Below, in pieces: positions 1 to 9,855 of a stretch of 64,000 bases of DNA (its first letter is position 1; each line of letters starts with the position of its first letter). The notes beneath the pieces were generated by a model. That model did no database searches and was not told where the DNA came from. It was given only the letters and a program-made list of their open reading frames with translations. The position numbers and the translations under genes are program-made. The DNA lies in contig OZ242041.1 in NCBI GenBank assembly GCA_965205215.1, positions 1,728,001 through 1,792,000 of the forward strand, given 5' to 3'. Origin of the DNA: Nitrosopumilus sp. (GTDB lineage Archaea > Thermoproteota > Nitrososphaeria > Nitrososphaerales > Nitrosopumilaceae).

Positions 1-121
1 CCGCATGACGTGGCCCTCTTGCACGTCAGGTAAAAACGATTGCAGGGCCGCGGCGGCATCGGCGCGCCCGCGCCGCAGCGGGGTGAAAAACCAATAAATT
101 ACGTCCCAAGGGGGGCCAGTC

Positions 122-742
122 ATGGGAAAATACACACTTCCTGAGATGCCCTACGCGTACGACGCGCTAGAGCCACACATAGACGCAAGGACCATGGAGA
201 TACACCACACCAAGCATCACCAGGCATATACGGACAAGCTGAACGCGGCCCTCGAGTCGTGTCCGGCCGAGGTCCAAGACAAGGACATACTGGACATACT
301 GGCAGACATCGGCTCCGTGCCCGAGGACAAGAGGGGCGCAGTCAACTTCAACGGAGGAGGCTACGACAACCACAGGCTCTTTTGGAACAACATGAAGCCC
401 AACGGGGGCGGGGAGCCCGGCGGTGCCGTGGCAGACGCCATAAGCGACGCCTTTGGAAGCTTTGCCGACTTTAAGGAAAAGTTCAACTCGACTACGGCCG
501 TAATCCAGGGTAGCGGATGGGGCTGGCTCGTATACAACCCCGAGTCAAAGAAGGTCCAGTACAAGCCCATGCCCAACCAGACAAGTCCCAGAACCGAGGG
601 GCTCGTACCCCTTTTGGGATGCGATGTCTGGGAGCATGCGTACTATCTCAAGTACCAGAACAAGAGGCCCGACTACATCGCGGCTTGGTGGAACGTGGTC
701 AACTGGGACGAGGTAAACAAGAGGCTTGCAGACGCTTCCTGA
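122..742 (+). CDS. sod: Fe/Mn superoxide dismutase
   Basis: LPEMPYAYDALEP, HHTKHH, GSGWGWL and DVWEHAYY motifs. Confidence 0.97.
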   Translation: MGKYTLPEMPYAYDALEPHIDARTMEIHHTKHHQAYTDKLNAALESCPAEVQDKDILDILADIGSVPEDKRGAVNFNGGGYDNHRLFWNNMKPNGGGEPGGAVADAISDAFGSFADFKEKFNSTTAVIQGSGWGWLVYNPESKKVQYKPMPNQTSPRTEGLVPLLGCDVWEHAYYLKYQNKRPDYIAAWWNVVNWDEVNKRLADAS

Positions 743-743
743 C

Positions 744-778
744 CTTTTCACGCATTACCCATTTTTTTAGACTTTGAG
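744..778 (+). terminator. T-tract terminator candidate after sod
   Basis: CTTTTT and TTTTTTT runs directly after the stop codon, as in archaeal oligo-T terminators. Confidence 0.45.
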
Positions 779-809
779 CGGGGCCGGGCGGCCGCCGTTT
801 TCCATCACC

Positions 810-818
810 GTTTATAAC
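810..818 (+). promoter_or_regulatory. TATA box for pfdA-ftsY-argF
   Basis: TTTATAAC about 25-30 nt upstream of ATG 841 (leaderless spacing). Confidence 0.6.
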
Positions 819-840
819 CATCAAGGGGGCATGACGGCAC

Positions 841-1311
841 ATGAGCAGCGGCGGCGGCATGACCCCGGAGCAGAGGGCAGAGCAGATGGCCGCGGCAATA
901 AAGGCAATGGAGGACCAGCTTGAGATGGTGATCCGAAACGAGGAGGCGGCAGTCAGGGCGCGCGCGGCCGCGGCCAGTGCAATAGAGTCAGTCAGGCAGA
1001 TCAAGGAGAACGAGGCCGGCGGGACGCCGGAATCACCGTCCGAGACCCTGCTGGCCATAGGCGGAGGCGTCTTTGTGCAGGCAAAGGTCGCCCCGTCAGA
1101 CAAGATGCTGCTGGAGATCGGCTCGGGGGTCGCAGTCGAGAAGGATCCCAAGCACGTGCTGGACTATCTGGAGAACCGCATAAGGGAGATCGACGTGGCA
1201 ATCAAGAACACGGGCGCCGAGAAGACAAACCTGGCAGAGCACATAGAGCAATACAGGATGCAGCTTAACCAAGTCATACAGTCCGCGTACGGCCAGAGAG
1301 GGCATGTTTGA
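841..1311 (+). CDS. pfdA: Prefoldin alpha subunit
   Basis: Coiled coils flanking LLAIGGGVFVQAKV...LLEIGSGVAVEK hairpins; precedes ftsY as in other archaea. Confidence 0.93.
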   Translation: MSSGGGMTPEQRAEQMAAAIKAMEDQLEMVIRNEEAAVRARAAAASAIESVRQIKENEAGGTPESPSETLLAIGGGVFVQAKVAPSDKMLLEIGSGVAVEKDPKHVLDYLENRIREIDVAIKNTGAEKTNLAEHIEQYRMQLNQVIQSAYGQRGHV

Positions 1312-2989
1312 CAAGCTGCGCGGCGCGTTTGCCGGCGTGGCAAAGAGTCTGGGCGAGAGGGAGCTAAAGGAGAAGGACATCGACGACGTGCTGTTCGAGC
1401 TTGAGATGTCGCTCCTAGAGTCCGACGTCGCAAGCGAGGTGATAGACTCGATAAAGGCCGACCTAAAAAAGGATCTCATAGGCGCGAGGGTGGAAAAATC
1501 CAAGATACCAGACGCCATAAAGTCCAGCCTGATCTCAAGCATATCGTCGCTCTTCGACTCGGCGGGCCGCGTCGACCTCTTGGATATGATCAGTAGAAAA
1601 AAGGCGTCCGGCGAGCCATTTCTGATTCTGTTCGTGGGAATCAACGGGACGGGAAAGACCACGACGCTTGCAAAGGTGGCGCACATGCTGCAGCAGTCAA
1701 AATATTCCGTTGTCGTCGCCGCGTCGGACACGTTTCGCGCAGGAGCCATAGAGCAGCTCAAGGAGCATACGAAGCGCCTTAACCTAAAGCTTGTTGCGCA
1801 AAACTACAACTCAGATCCGGCCGCGGTGGCAAGGGACGCCGTCCTGTACGCAAAGGCCCACCGCACGGACTGCGTGCTGATAGACACCGCCGGCAGGATG
1901 CAGACCAGCAAGAACCTGATGGAGCAGATTGCAAAGATTACAAAGGTGGTGAACCCGGACGTAAAGATATTCGTGGGAGACTCGCTGGCCGGAAACGACA
2001 CGGTAAACCAGGCAAGGGAGTTCTACGAGCATACAAGGTTTGACGCGGCCATCCTGACAAAGGCAGACGCCGACGCCAGAGGGGGCGCGGCCCTCTCGAT
2101 TGCAAAGGTCACGTCCACGCCCATACTCTACGTGGGGGTCGGGCAGGAGTACGCCGACCTAAGGCCGTTTGACAAGAGGGCGTTTCTGGAGATGGTTTTC
2201 GGAGAAGACGGCGCGGCCGGCGCCGATATCGAGGCGCCCGCGGCAGGGGTCGCACAGGCAGGCGCGGAGCGGCCAGAGGAGATGAAGGGCGAAGAGATGC
2301 AGGCAGAACCAGACGCCGTGGAGGAGGCCGCCACTGAGGGTGCGGGTGCGGATGCAGCAGGGAGAGCAGAAGAGGCCGACAGTTCAGGACAGGAGGGGTC
2401 GGAGGGCGAGACAGGCGAGCCACAGGAGCCACCGCCTGCAGAGCCTGTACCAGAGATACCGCCACGTGCGCAGAGTCACGAGAGCCCGCCGGAGCGGCCC
2501 AGTGAACCGGAACCGGCTTCGGAACCGGAACTAGACGTCCAGACGACGCCCAAGATCGAAGAATTTGAACCAAAGGATGCAGAAGCGGAGCCTCCGTCGC
2601 CGTCATCGTCGCCGTCGCCGTCATCAGACGATCCGTTCCACGGAATTGCAGATTCCGACATTGCAGAATACTCCGACAGGTTTGACGTCCCACCCCCCGA
2701 GAACGACAAGGAGGCGTACGGACTTGCAGAGAAGATAAGGAGATGGATTGCAGACGGCAGGCCGGACCCCGGCGACGACGATGTATCCGGGGCAGACGAC
2801 GACAGTGAGGAACGGGAGGAAGACAGCCAGGATTACGACGGAGACGACGAGGTGGAGAAGGGCGCCCGGGAAGACCACGACGGAGGCGCAGACCGTAACG
2901 GTAAGAAGGCCGGACAAGAGCCGGAGCAACAAGATAAAAATGACATGCCTAAAAAGAAGCGCAGGTTTGGATTTTTTAGAAAGGGGTGA
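1304..2989 (+). CDS. ftsY: SRP receptor FtsY with long acidic C-terminal extension
   Basis: GINGTGKTTT, DTFRAGA, DTAGR and TKAD motifs of the NG domain. Confidence 0.96.
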   Translation: MFDKLRGAFAGVAKSLGERELKEKDIDDVLFELEMSLLESDVASEVIDSIKADLKKDLIGARVEKSKIPDAIKSSLISSISSLFDSAGRVDLLDMISRKKASGEPFLILFVGINGTGKTTTLAKVAHMLQQSKYSVVVAASDTFRAGAIEQLKEHTKRLNLKLVAQNYNSDPAAVARDAVLYAKAHRTDCVLIDTAGRMQTSKNLMEQIAKITKVVNPDVKIFVGDSLAGNDTVNQAREFYEHTRFDAAILTKADADARGGAALSIAKVTSTPILYVGVGQEYADLRPFDKRAFLEMVFGEDGAAGADIEAPAAGVAQAGAERPEEMKGEEMQAEPDAVEEAATEGAGADAAGRAEEADSSGQEGSEGETGEPQEPPPAEPVPEIPPRAQSHESPPERPSEPEPASEPELDVQTTPKIEEFEPKDAEAEPPSPSSSPSPSSDDPFHGIADSDIAEYSDRFDVPPPENDKEAYGLAEKIRRWIADGRPDPGDDDVSGADDDSEEREEDSQDYDGDDEVEKGAREDHDGGADRNGKKAGQEPEQQDKNDMPKKKRRFGFFRKG

Positions 2990-2998
2990 CAGGATTAG

Positions 2999-3913
2999 AT
3001 GAAGCTTGGGACAAGGCATCTGCTTACGTTGTCGGAACTGACTCCAAAGGAGCTTGCAATGTTGCTACGGCGCGCCTCGAGGCTAAAGTCGGATCTCAGA
3101 AACGGCAGACGGCATGAAACGCTCAGGTGCAGGTCGCTTGTCATGGTGTTCCAAAAGCCGTCGACGCGCACACGCGTAAGCTTTGAGATAGGGATGCGCC
3201 AGCTGGGGGGACACGCAGTCAATCTGGCCGCAAGCGAGATGCAGCTGTCACGCGGAGAGACCGTCGAGGATACCGCAAGGACGCTTTCCGGATATGCAGA
3301 CTGCATAATGGCCAGGGTGTACGAGCACGAGACGATCGAGAAACTGGCGGCCCATTCGGACATACCCGTGATAAACGGACTGTCAGACATGTTCCACCCG
3401 TGCCAGATTCTGGCCGACCTCATGACCATAAAGGAGAGGAAGAAAAAGCTTGACGGCCTGAGGATTGCATGGGTAGGCGACGGAAACAATGTGTGCAACT
3501 CCATGATTTACGGGGCTGCACTTGCGGGCGCGTCGGTTGCAGTGGCAACCCCGAAGAGACATGCGCCGGACAAAAGCGTCGTAAGGGAGGCATGCAAAAA
3601 CACGGAGGTGATACAGACCGAGGATCCGAACATTGCAGTAAAGGGCGCGGACGTGGTCATGACAGACACGTTTAGCTCCATACACAACAAAGGCGCAGGA
3701 CGAGCCAAGGCGTTTCTGCCAAGATACCAGGTGAGCCGGAAGCTTATGGGCAAGGCAGATCAAGACGCAATCTTCATGCACTGCCTTCCCGCAAAACGAG
3801 GTCAGGAGGTTACGGCAGACGTGATTGACGGGCCCCAATCGGCAGTATGGGACGAGGCGGAAAACAGGCTTCATGTGCAAAAGGCGCTCCTCGAGGCGCT
3901 GATACGCAAGTGA
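2999..3913 (+). CDS. argF: Ornithine carbamoyltransferase
   Basis: STRTR, HPCQ and HCLP motifs. Confidence 0.95.
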   Translation: MKLGTRHLLTLSELTPKELAMLLRRASRLKSDLRNGRRHETLRCRSLVMVFQKPSTRTRVSFEIGMRQLGGHAVNLAASEMQLSRGETVEDTARTLSGYADCIMARVYEHETIEKLAAHSDIPVINGLSDMFHPCQILADLMTIKERKKKLDGLRIAWVGDGNNVCNSMIYGAALAGASVAVATPKRHAPDKSVVREACKNTEVIQTEDPNIAVKGADVVMTDTFSSIHNKGAGRAKAFLPRYQVSRKLMGKADQDAIFMHCLPAKRGQEVTADVIDGPQSAVWDEAENRLHVQKALLEALIRK

Positions 3914-3950
3914 TCGACGCGTCTGCCGGGATTCTTTTGCGCCTACTGCC

Positions 3951-3982
3951 GGCAACTGTTGGCAACTGTTGGCAACTGTCGG
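3951..3982. repeat. 10-bp tandem repeat GGCAACTGTT x3
   Basis: ggcaactgtt ggcaactgtt ggcaactgtc gg read directly. Confidence 0.9.
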
Positions 3983-4178
3983 AACCCAGTCTTGGCACGC
4001 ATAGCCGGCAGAGCAGGCAAGGCCGCCAGCAGTTAGCGAGAGGGCCTTTTGCCCACGTTGTATCGGGCATCCCCATGCGCCAGCGACGCGATCTGCCTGC
4101 CTTGGCTCTGACGCGTCGGGGGCGGATTTTTGGACAAAGCCGCCGATTCCTTTACGTATATAAGTCCAAATCAAAGGG

Positions 4179-4676
4179 TTGTCCCTATTGGCATACTCCA
4201 AGATACTGCGCAGGCTGCGCGAGCGAAAGACCAACTACAAGAAGCGGGCCACCATGCTGATCGGCAGGCACAACTTTGTTACGGTAAACATTACAAACGA
4301 GAACACCCAGGTGCAGGTACTGAAACCCGGGATGGCCGGCGACACGGTCATAGCCTCCGCCCACTCTAGGAACCTGCTTAGTCAGGGATGGAAGGGCTCA
4401 AGAAAGAACCTTTCGGCGGCATACCTTACAGGATACACGGCAGGCAAGCGTGCAATCAGAAAGGGGACCGGCACCGCCATACTGTACACCGGGACAAGGC
4501 GATACACCCAGAGAATGGCCGCCGCCCTGAAGGGGGTCATAGATGCGGGTATGGACGTGCCTGCCGACGAGGAGACGTTCCCGCCTGAGGAGAGAATAAA
4601 CGGCGAGCACCTAGCGGTAAAAAACGAGGTCGCCAAGATAAGAACCATTATAGACGACAACGAGGCGGCAGGGTGA
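4179..4676 (+). CDS. rpl18: 50S ribosomal protein uL18
   Basis: RRLRERKTNYKKR and AAYLTG; first gene of the L18-S5-L30-L15-secY block. Confidence 0.93.
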   Translation: MSLLAYSKILRRLRERKTNYKKRATMLIGRHNFVTVNITNENTQVQVLKPGMAGDTVIASAHSRNLLSQGWKGSRKNLSAAYLTGYTAGKRAIRKGTGTAILYTGTRRYTQRMAAALKGVIDAGMDVPADEETFPPEERINGEHLAVKNEVAKIRTIIDDNEAAG

Positions 4677-4677
4677 G

Positions 4678-5373
4678 ATGAGTCAGCAGCAACAGCAACA
4701 GCAGCAATCCAGAGGCCCGCCCCCAAGATACGGCAGGGGTCCCGGAGGCGATCGCCCCAGACGCCCCAGAAGGGAGGCCGAAGAGGAGGTATGGATCCCA
4801 AAGACAGTCCTGGGCAAAAAGGTGGCGTCCGGTGAGATCGCGACGCTCGAGTCCATCATAGAACAGGGACTGCGCATACAGGAGGAGGGAATAGTCAAAA
4901 AACTGCTGCCGGACTTGAAGACAGAGGTGGTGGACGTGGGCATAATACAAAAGATGACATCAAACGGCCAGTCCACCAGATTCAAGGCCATAGTGGCCGC
5001 AGGAAACGAGGACGGATACCTCGGGATTGGGCAGGGCAAGTCAAAGCAGATGAGGATAGCAATAGAAAAGGCCACAAGCCAGGCATACCTCAACATCAAC
5101 CCGATAAAGATGGGGTGCGGCAGCTGGGAGTGCAGGTGCGACCAGAAGCATTCCGTGCCGTTCCGCGTAAAGGGCAAGGGCGGAAGCGTGACAGTGGAGA
5201 TAATTCCGGCTCCCCGTGGGCTCGGGCTCGTGGCAGGCGGCAAGATAAAGCGGCTCTTGGAGCTGGCGGGGTTAAAGGACGCGTGGACCACCGCAAAGGG
5301 CTCCACCCCGACTATGAACTCAACGTCAAAGGCCATACTGGACTGCCTCAGGCAGACGTTCAGCCAGGGTTGA
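4678..5373 (+). CDS. rps5: 30S ribosomal protein uS5 (polyQ and RG-rich N-terminus)
   Basis: WIPKTVLG, GCGSWECRC and PAPRGLGLVAG motifs. Confidence 0.96.
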   Translation: MSQQQQQQQQSRGPPPRYGRGPGGDRPRRPRREAEEEVWIPKTVLGKKVASGEIATLESIIEQGLRIQEEGIVKKLLPDLKTEVVDVGIIQKMTSNGQSTRFKAIVAAGNEDGYLGIGQGKSKQMRIAIEKATSQAYLNINPIKMGCGSWECRCDQKHSVPFRVKGKGGSVTVEIIPAPRGLGLVAGGKIKRLLELAGLKDAWTTAKGSTPTMNSTSKAILDCLRQTFSQG

Positions 5374-5395
5374 CCAAGAAGGGGGATGACATGCA

Positions 5396-5956
5396 GTGAG
5401 TGAAGGCACGGCGGCGGCAGAAGAACAGGGCGGCGGCAATAATAACGGCAATAACAGGGGCAACAACAGCAGTGGCGGCAACGGCGCGTACCTGGTGGTA
5501 AGGATAAAGGGCCAGGCAGACGTCCCGTACTGGGCCGTGCACACGATGTCCCTCCTAAAGCTAGAGCGCAAATACAGGGCCACCATACTTCCGGCAAAGG
5601 AGAACACGCTTGGCATGCTCAGCAAGATAAAGCACTACGTTGCATGGACCAGGCTCGATGCCGAGCTGGCCCAGGAGATCATAGAGAAGAAGGCAAGAAA
5701 GTCCGGATACCGCAGAGTCACGCAGGAGGACATCAAGGGCCTCGGGTTTGACGACACGAAACAGATGGCCGAGTCCCTCTCAAGCGGCAGTTCCGCGCTC
5801 TCAAAGCTAAAGCCCCTCAAGCCGTGGTTTGCACTGGCGCCCCCCAAACACGGGTTCCGCCGCAGCACCAAGAGGCTGGCGGGCCAAAAGGGGGTGCTTG
5901 GCGGCAACGACGAGCTCGGCGAGATAGTGCGCAGGATGATGGCGGTGGCGGAGTGA
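5396..5956 (+). CDS. rpl30: 50S ribosomal protein uL30
   Basis: LVVRIKG, GMLSKIKHYV, FALAPPKHGF; gene order. Confidence 0.93.
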   Translation: MSEGTAAAEEQGGGNNNGNNRGNNSSGGNGAYLVVRIKGQADVPYWAVHTMSLLKLERKYRATILPAKENTLGMLSKIKHYVAWTRLDAELAQEIIEKKARKSGYRRVTQEDIKGLGFDDTKQMAESLSSGSSALSKLKPLKPWFALAPPKHGFRRSTKRLAGQKGVLGGNDELGEIVRRMMAVAE

Positions 5957-6387
5957 TGGCGACAAGGCTTAGAAAGACCAGGAGGCTCAGGGGCGGCAGG
6001 CACATGGGATGGGGCCAGGTCGGCCAGCACCGCGCAAGCGGGCACCAGGGCGGACTGGGCGTGACCGGCATGCTAAAGCACCACTACAGCAGCATGCTCA
6101 AGTACGAGCCGGACCACTACGGGCACAGCGCCACCAAGCCCCCGCATCCGAACACCACCAAGAAATGGGCGGCCGTCCGCGACCTAGACGATCTCTTTGC
6201 CAGACATGGAAGCCGCGACGACAAGACGGGGCAGAACGTGCTTGACCTGGGGGCGGCAGGGTATCAAAAGCTGCTCGGCGGCGGAAAGACCAGCACGGCG
6301 TACGCAGTCAGGATCCCAAGACTCACGGCCTCGGCAGAAGAAAAGATAAGGGCAGCAGGCGGGGAGGTTTTGCCCGCAGATGGCTGA
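5956..6387 (+). CDS. rpl15: 50S ribosomal protein uL15 (start reassigned to ATG 5956)
   Basis: MATRLRKTRRLRGGRHMGWG, KLLGGG, SAEEKIRAAGG; TGATG overlap with the rpl30 stop. Confidence 0.94.
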   Translation: MATRLRKTRRLRGGRHMGWGQVGQHRASGHQGGLGVTGMLKHHYSSMLKYEPDHYGHSATKPPHPNTTKKWAAVRDLDDLFARHGSRDDKTGQNVLDLGAAGYQKLLGGGKTSTAYAVRIPRLTASAEEKIRAAGGEVLPADG

Positions 6388-7816
6388 GAGCAGCGGCAGC
6401 CTTACTGCCATACTGCGGCGCGTCGTATTCAGGGCCGAGCCCTACATCCCGCAGGTGCCAAAGCCCAAGAAGAAGCTCACGCTGCAGACCAGGCTCCTGT
6501 GGTGCGGCGTGGCCCTGCTCATATACATGGTAATGGGGCAGACCCCCCTGTTCGGAGCCACCACGCCGGAATTCGACTTTCTGGCGTTTGCCAGGGTCAT
6601 ATTCGCGTCCCAGCAGGGCACGCTTGTCGAGCTCGGCATAGGGCCCATAGTGACGGCCGGGCTGCTCATGCAGCTGCTCCGCGGCTCGGAGATACTAAAG
6701 TTCGACTTCAAGAAGCCGGAGGAGCGCGGCGTGTTCCAGACGGCCACAAAGCTTGTAACGTACATAATCATAGTGGCCGAATCCATAGTATACGCGGTGG
6801 CCGTCTACGGTCCCACGCTGACCGACCCGTCTGTCATATACGTGATGATAGGGCAGCTCATGGCGGCCTCGATAATAATCATGTTCCTCGACGAGCTGAT
6901 ACAGAAGGGGTGGGGGATAGGAAGCGGCATCAGCCTGTTCATAATGGCCGGCGTGGCGCAGCAGATACTCTGGAGCCTGTTCAGCCCCCTGCCGGCAGGC
7001 GACGGCGGCACCATAGGGATAATCCCGTACATGGCCCAGTCGTTCGTGGCCGGCGACATCTCGAACATACTGTTCAGGCCGCAGCAGCTGCCCAGCATAT
7101 TCGGGCTCTGCCTGACGGCCGGCGTGCTGCTGATACTCGTGTTCACGCAGGGCATGAAGATCGAGATACCGATCGTCTCCACCAAATACAGGGGGTTCTC
7201 GGCCGTATACCCGATAAAGATGATGTACGTCTCGAACATACCCGTCATACTGGCCTCCGCGCTCACCGCAAACGCCGTGTTCGTGTTCCAGATGCTGTGG
7301 GCAAACCTCAACCCGAGGAACAACAACATATTCATGAACCTAGTGGCGCAGTACGACCCCACCAGCCCGTCCACGCCGATAGGCGGCCTCATATACTACG
7401 TCACGCCGCCAAGGGGGCTTGAGATTGCGGCGCTCGACCCCACGAGGGCGGTCGGATACGTGCTGTTCATGATAGGCATAGTGGTGGTGTTCGGCAAGCT
7501 CTGGGTGGAGCTGGGCGGGCTCTCGCCGAAGAGCGCGGCGCAGAACCTACTTGACGCCGACGTCCAGATTCCCGGGTTCCGCCGCTCAAACAAGCCAGTC
7601 GAGGCGCTCCTCAACAAGTACATCCCCTCGGTTACCATAATAGGCTCCATCATACTGGGGCTCCTCGCAGGCGTCTCGGACGTCCTGGGCGTGTTCGGGT
7701 CCGGCATCGGAATACTGCTGATGGTCGACATCCTGATAAACTACTATACGCAGCTCGTAAGGGAGCAGGTCGAGGTCGTCATGCCGCGTCTGGGGGCTCT
7801 ACTTGGCAGAAAATAA
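6380..7816 (+). CDS. secY: Protein translocase subunit SecY
   Basis: About 10 hydrophobic segments; ELGIGPIVTAG, GIGSGISLFI, IPGFRR. Confidence 0.97.
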   Translation: MAESSGSLTAILRRVVFRAEPYIPQVPKPKKKLTLQTRLLWCGVALLIYMVMGQTPLFGATTPEFDFLAFARVIFASQQGTLVELGIGPIVTAGLLMQLLRGSEILKFDFKKPEERGVFQTATKLVTYIIIVAESIVYAVAVYGPTLTDPSVIYVMIGQLMAASIIIMFLDELIQKGWGIGSGISLFIMAGVAQQILWSLFSPLPAGDGGTIGIIPYMAQSFVAGDISNILFRPQQLPSIFGLCLTAGVLLILVFTQGMKIEIPIVSTKYRGFSAVYPIKMMYVSNIPVILASALTANAVFVFQMLWANLNPRNNNIFMNLVAQYDPTSPSTPIGGLIYYVTPPRGLEIAALDPTRAVGYVLFMIGIVVVFGKLWVELGGLSPKSAAQNLLDADVQIPGFRRSNKPVEALLNKYIPSVTIIGSIILGLLAGVSDVLGVFGSGIGILLMVDILINYYTQLVREQVEVVMPRLGALLGRK

Positions 7817-8381
7817 GAGGATCGTCGTGGTAGGGATACCCGGCGTGGGAAAGACCTCGCTCCTGGCAAAGATGCTGGAGATACTCGGCTCCAAGCACAG
7901 GAGCGTCACCGTAATCAGCTTTGGCACCACGATGTTTGACATCGCCAAGGAGAACGGCGTCGAGGACAGGGACCAGCTGCGGAGCCTCCCCATCTCAGAG
8001 CAGAAGGAGCTCCAAAAGGCGGCGGCATCCAGGATAGCCGGGCGCAGCGAGCAGATCGTGATAATAGACACGCATGCCTTTGTCAGGTCGCCGGAAGGGT
8101 ACTACCCGGGACTGCCGGCCCACGTGCTTGAGATAATAAAACCCACCAACTTTGTCTCGGTTACGGCAAGGCCCGAGGAGATATTCAGCAGGAGGGTCAG
8201 CGACATGACAAGAAAGAGGGACAAGGTAAACATACTCGACATCAAAAAGGAGCTCGCGGTCCAGTCCGGCATGATGTCGGCGTGCTCTGTCATAACGGGC
8301 TCACCCATAAAGCAGATCCTAAACGGCGAGGGCAGGATCGACGAGGCGGCAGACAAGATAATAAGATCCATGGAGCTGTGA
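7803..8381 (+). CDS. adkA: Archaeal adenylate kinase
   Basis: GIPGVGKTS, DTH, GYYPGLP; follows secY. Confidence 0.94.
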   Translation: MAENKRIVVVGIPGVGKTSLLAKMLEILGSKHRSVTVISFGTTMFDIAKENGVEDRDQLRSLPISEQKELQKAAASRIAGRSEQIVIIDTHAFVRSPEGYYPGLPAHVLEIIKPTNFVSVTARPEEIFSRRVSDMTRKRDKVNILDIKKELAVQSGMMSACSVITGSPIKQILNGEGRIDEAADKIIRSMEL

Positions 8382-8386
8382 GGGGC

Positions 8387-9124
8387 ATGGTGATCGAGGT
8401 TGTGGCAGCGGCGGCGGCATCGGCAGCAGAGTCCGCTCCGGTGCAGGGTCACGCGTACTCCGCGGCGATGATGGTGTGGATGACAACACTGGTGCAGAGC
8501 GCGCACACGCTACTGCCCGGCGGCATGCTTGACGCGACCGCGCTGCAGTTTGACTTTCTCGGAGCCGAGAGGGGGGCGCTCGGAAGCGACGACCCGGTCG
8601 TAAAGGGGTGGATACTGTCAATGTTTGCAGTGGCCGGATTCGGAATACTGCTCAACATATTCAACGCGGGAATACGCAAGAAGATGGTGGACCAGATAAA
8701 GCTCAAGAGGATGATGAAGGAGACGCGCGCCTGGCAGAAGGAGAAGCTGAGGGCGGCGCGCACAAAGGACGACGCAAGGCTCAGCGAGCTCAACAAAAAG
8801 TCCGCATACATGAACAAGATGTCAATGGAGCTGATGCAGATGAACATGAGGCCCATGCTGATCACGTTCGTGCCGCTCATACTGATATTCTACTTCGTGC
8901 TGCCGTGGCTCTTCTCATATACGGTCGCCGTGTCGCCCATCCCGCTCAACGTCATACCAGGGGAGATGTTCCAGCTCACGTGTACGGCAGAGCAGGCAGC
9001 GGACCCCGAGCATGTATGCACCGAGGAGAACGCCATATTCCTGTGGGCATGGTACTTTTTGTCCTCCATTGCATTTAGCGGAATCATAATGAAGATGACA
9101 AGGACATCAATGGATCTCAGTTGA
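8387..9124 (+). CDS. DUF106 / EMC3-TMCO1 (Oxa1 superfamily) membrane protein; start uncertain
   Basis: TM, coiled coil, MELMQMNMRPMLITFVP and WYFLSS pattern; conserved position between adk and cmk. Confidence 0.85.
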   Translation: MVIEVVAAAAASAAESAPVQGHAYSAAMMVWMTTLVQSAHTLLPGGMLDATALQFDFLGAERGALGSDDPVVKGWILSMFAVAGFGILLNIFNAGIRKKMVDQIKLKRMMKETRAWQKEKLRAARTKDDARLSELNKKSAYMNKMSMELMQMNMRPMLITFVPLILIFYFVLPWLFSYTVAVSPIPLNVIPGEMFQLTCTAEQAADPEHVCTEENAIFLWAWYFLSSIAFSGIIMKMTRTSMDLS

Positions 9125-9729
9125 CTGAAACAGACAGCGGCGCAAAGGCAGGAGGCAAGGGGCCGTCCATAGTGGTATCGGGCCCGCCCGCAGTCGGAAA
9201 GACCACGCTTGCAAAGGCCCTGGCCGCGGAGATGTCCATGGCCTATGTCAGCGGCGGCGACGTTCTCAAGGAGATGGCCTCCGATCTAGGTTATGACACG
9301 GCAGGTGACGACTGGTGGGACACGGAGGACGGAATGAGGTTCCTGCGCGAGCGCGAACAGAACCACGACTTTGATCGCAGGCTTGACGAGCGGCTAAGGG
9401 GTATGTTCGAGCGGGGCGGCATCGTGGTGACCAGCTACACCCTGCCCTGGCTCGTGGCCCCGGGCACGGGGATAAAGATATGGCTTGACGGCTCGCACAC
9501 CAGCAGCACCGAACGCATGCAGAACAGGGACTCGGTCTCAGCGCAGCAGGCCTACGAGATCACCCGCGAGAGGTACGACAAGAACCGCCGCCTGTACAGG
9601 GAGATATACGGATTTGACTTTGGGGGCGACGCCTCGGTGTTCGACCACATAATAAAGACCGACGGCCTTTCAGCAGAGCAGGTAGTAGAGGCCGCAAGGA
9701 GTGCAATCCGAGACGGAGTGGCGTCATAG
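9121..9729 (+). CDS. cmk: Cytidylate kinase (archaeal)
   Basis: SGPPAVGKTT, SGGDVLKEMA, DRRLD; gene order. Confidence 0.88.
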   Translation: MTETDSGAKAGGKGPSIVVSGPPAVGKTTLAKALAAEMSMAYVSGGDVLKEMASDLGYDTAGDDWWDTEDGMRFLREREQNHDFDRRLDERLRGMFERGGIVVTSYTLPWLVAPGTGIKIWLDGSHTSSTERMQNRDSVSAQQAYEITRERYDKNRRLYREIYGFDFGGDASVFDHIIKTDGLSAEQVVEAARSAIRDGVAS

Positions 9730-9855
9730 CATGGAACCGGGGACGGCAGCGACTGCGATGGCGGGCCGCGCGGCACATGCAGGGCGTACAGCGACAGGGG
9801 CCGCAGGCGCGCCCCCCGTACTGCAGTTATAAAAAAGAAGGATGGACCAGTCACG

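Noticed and set aside
3951-3982. 10-bp triple repeat as an operator for the ribosomal operon
   Set aside because: About 170 bp from the likely TATA box and best explained by general slippage in this genome.
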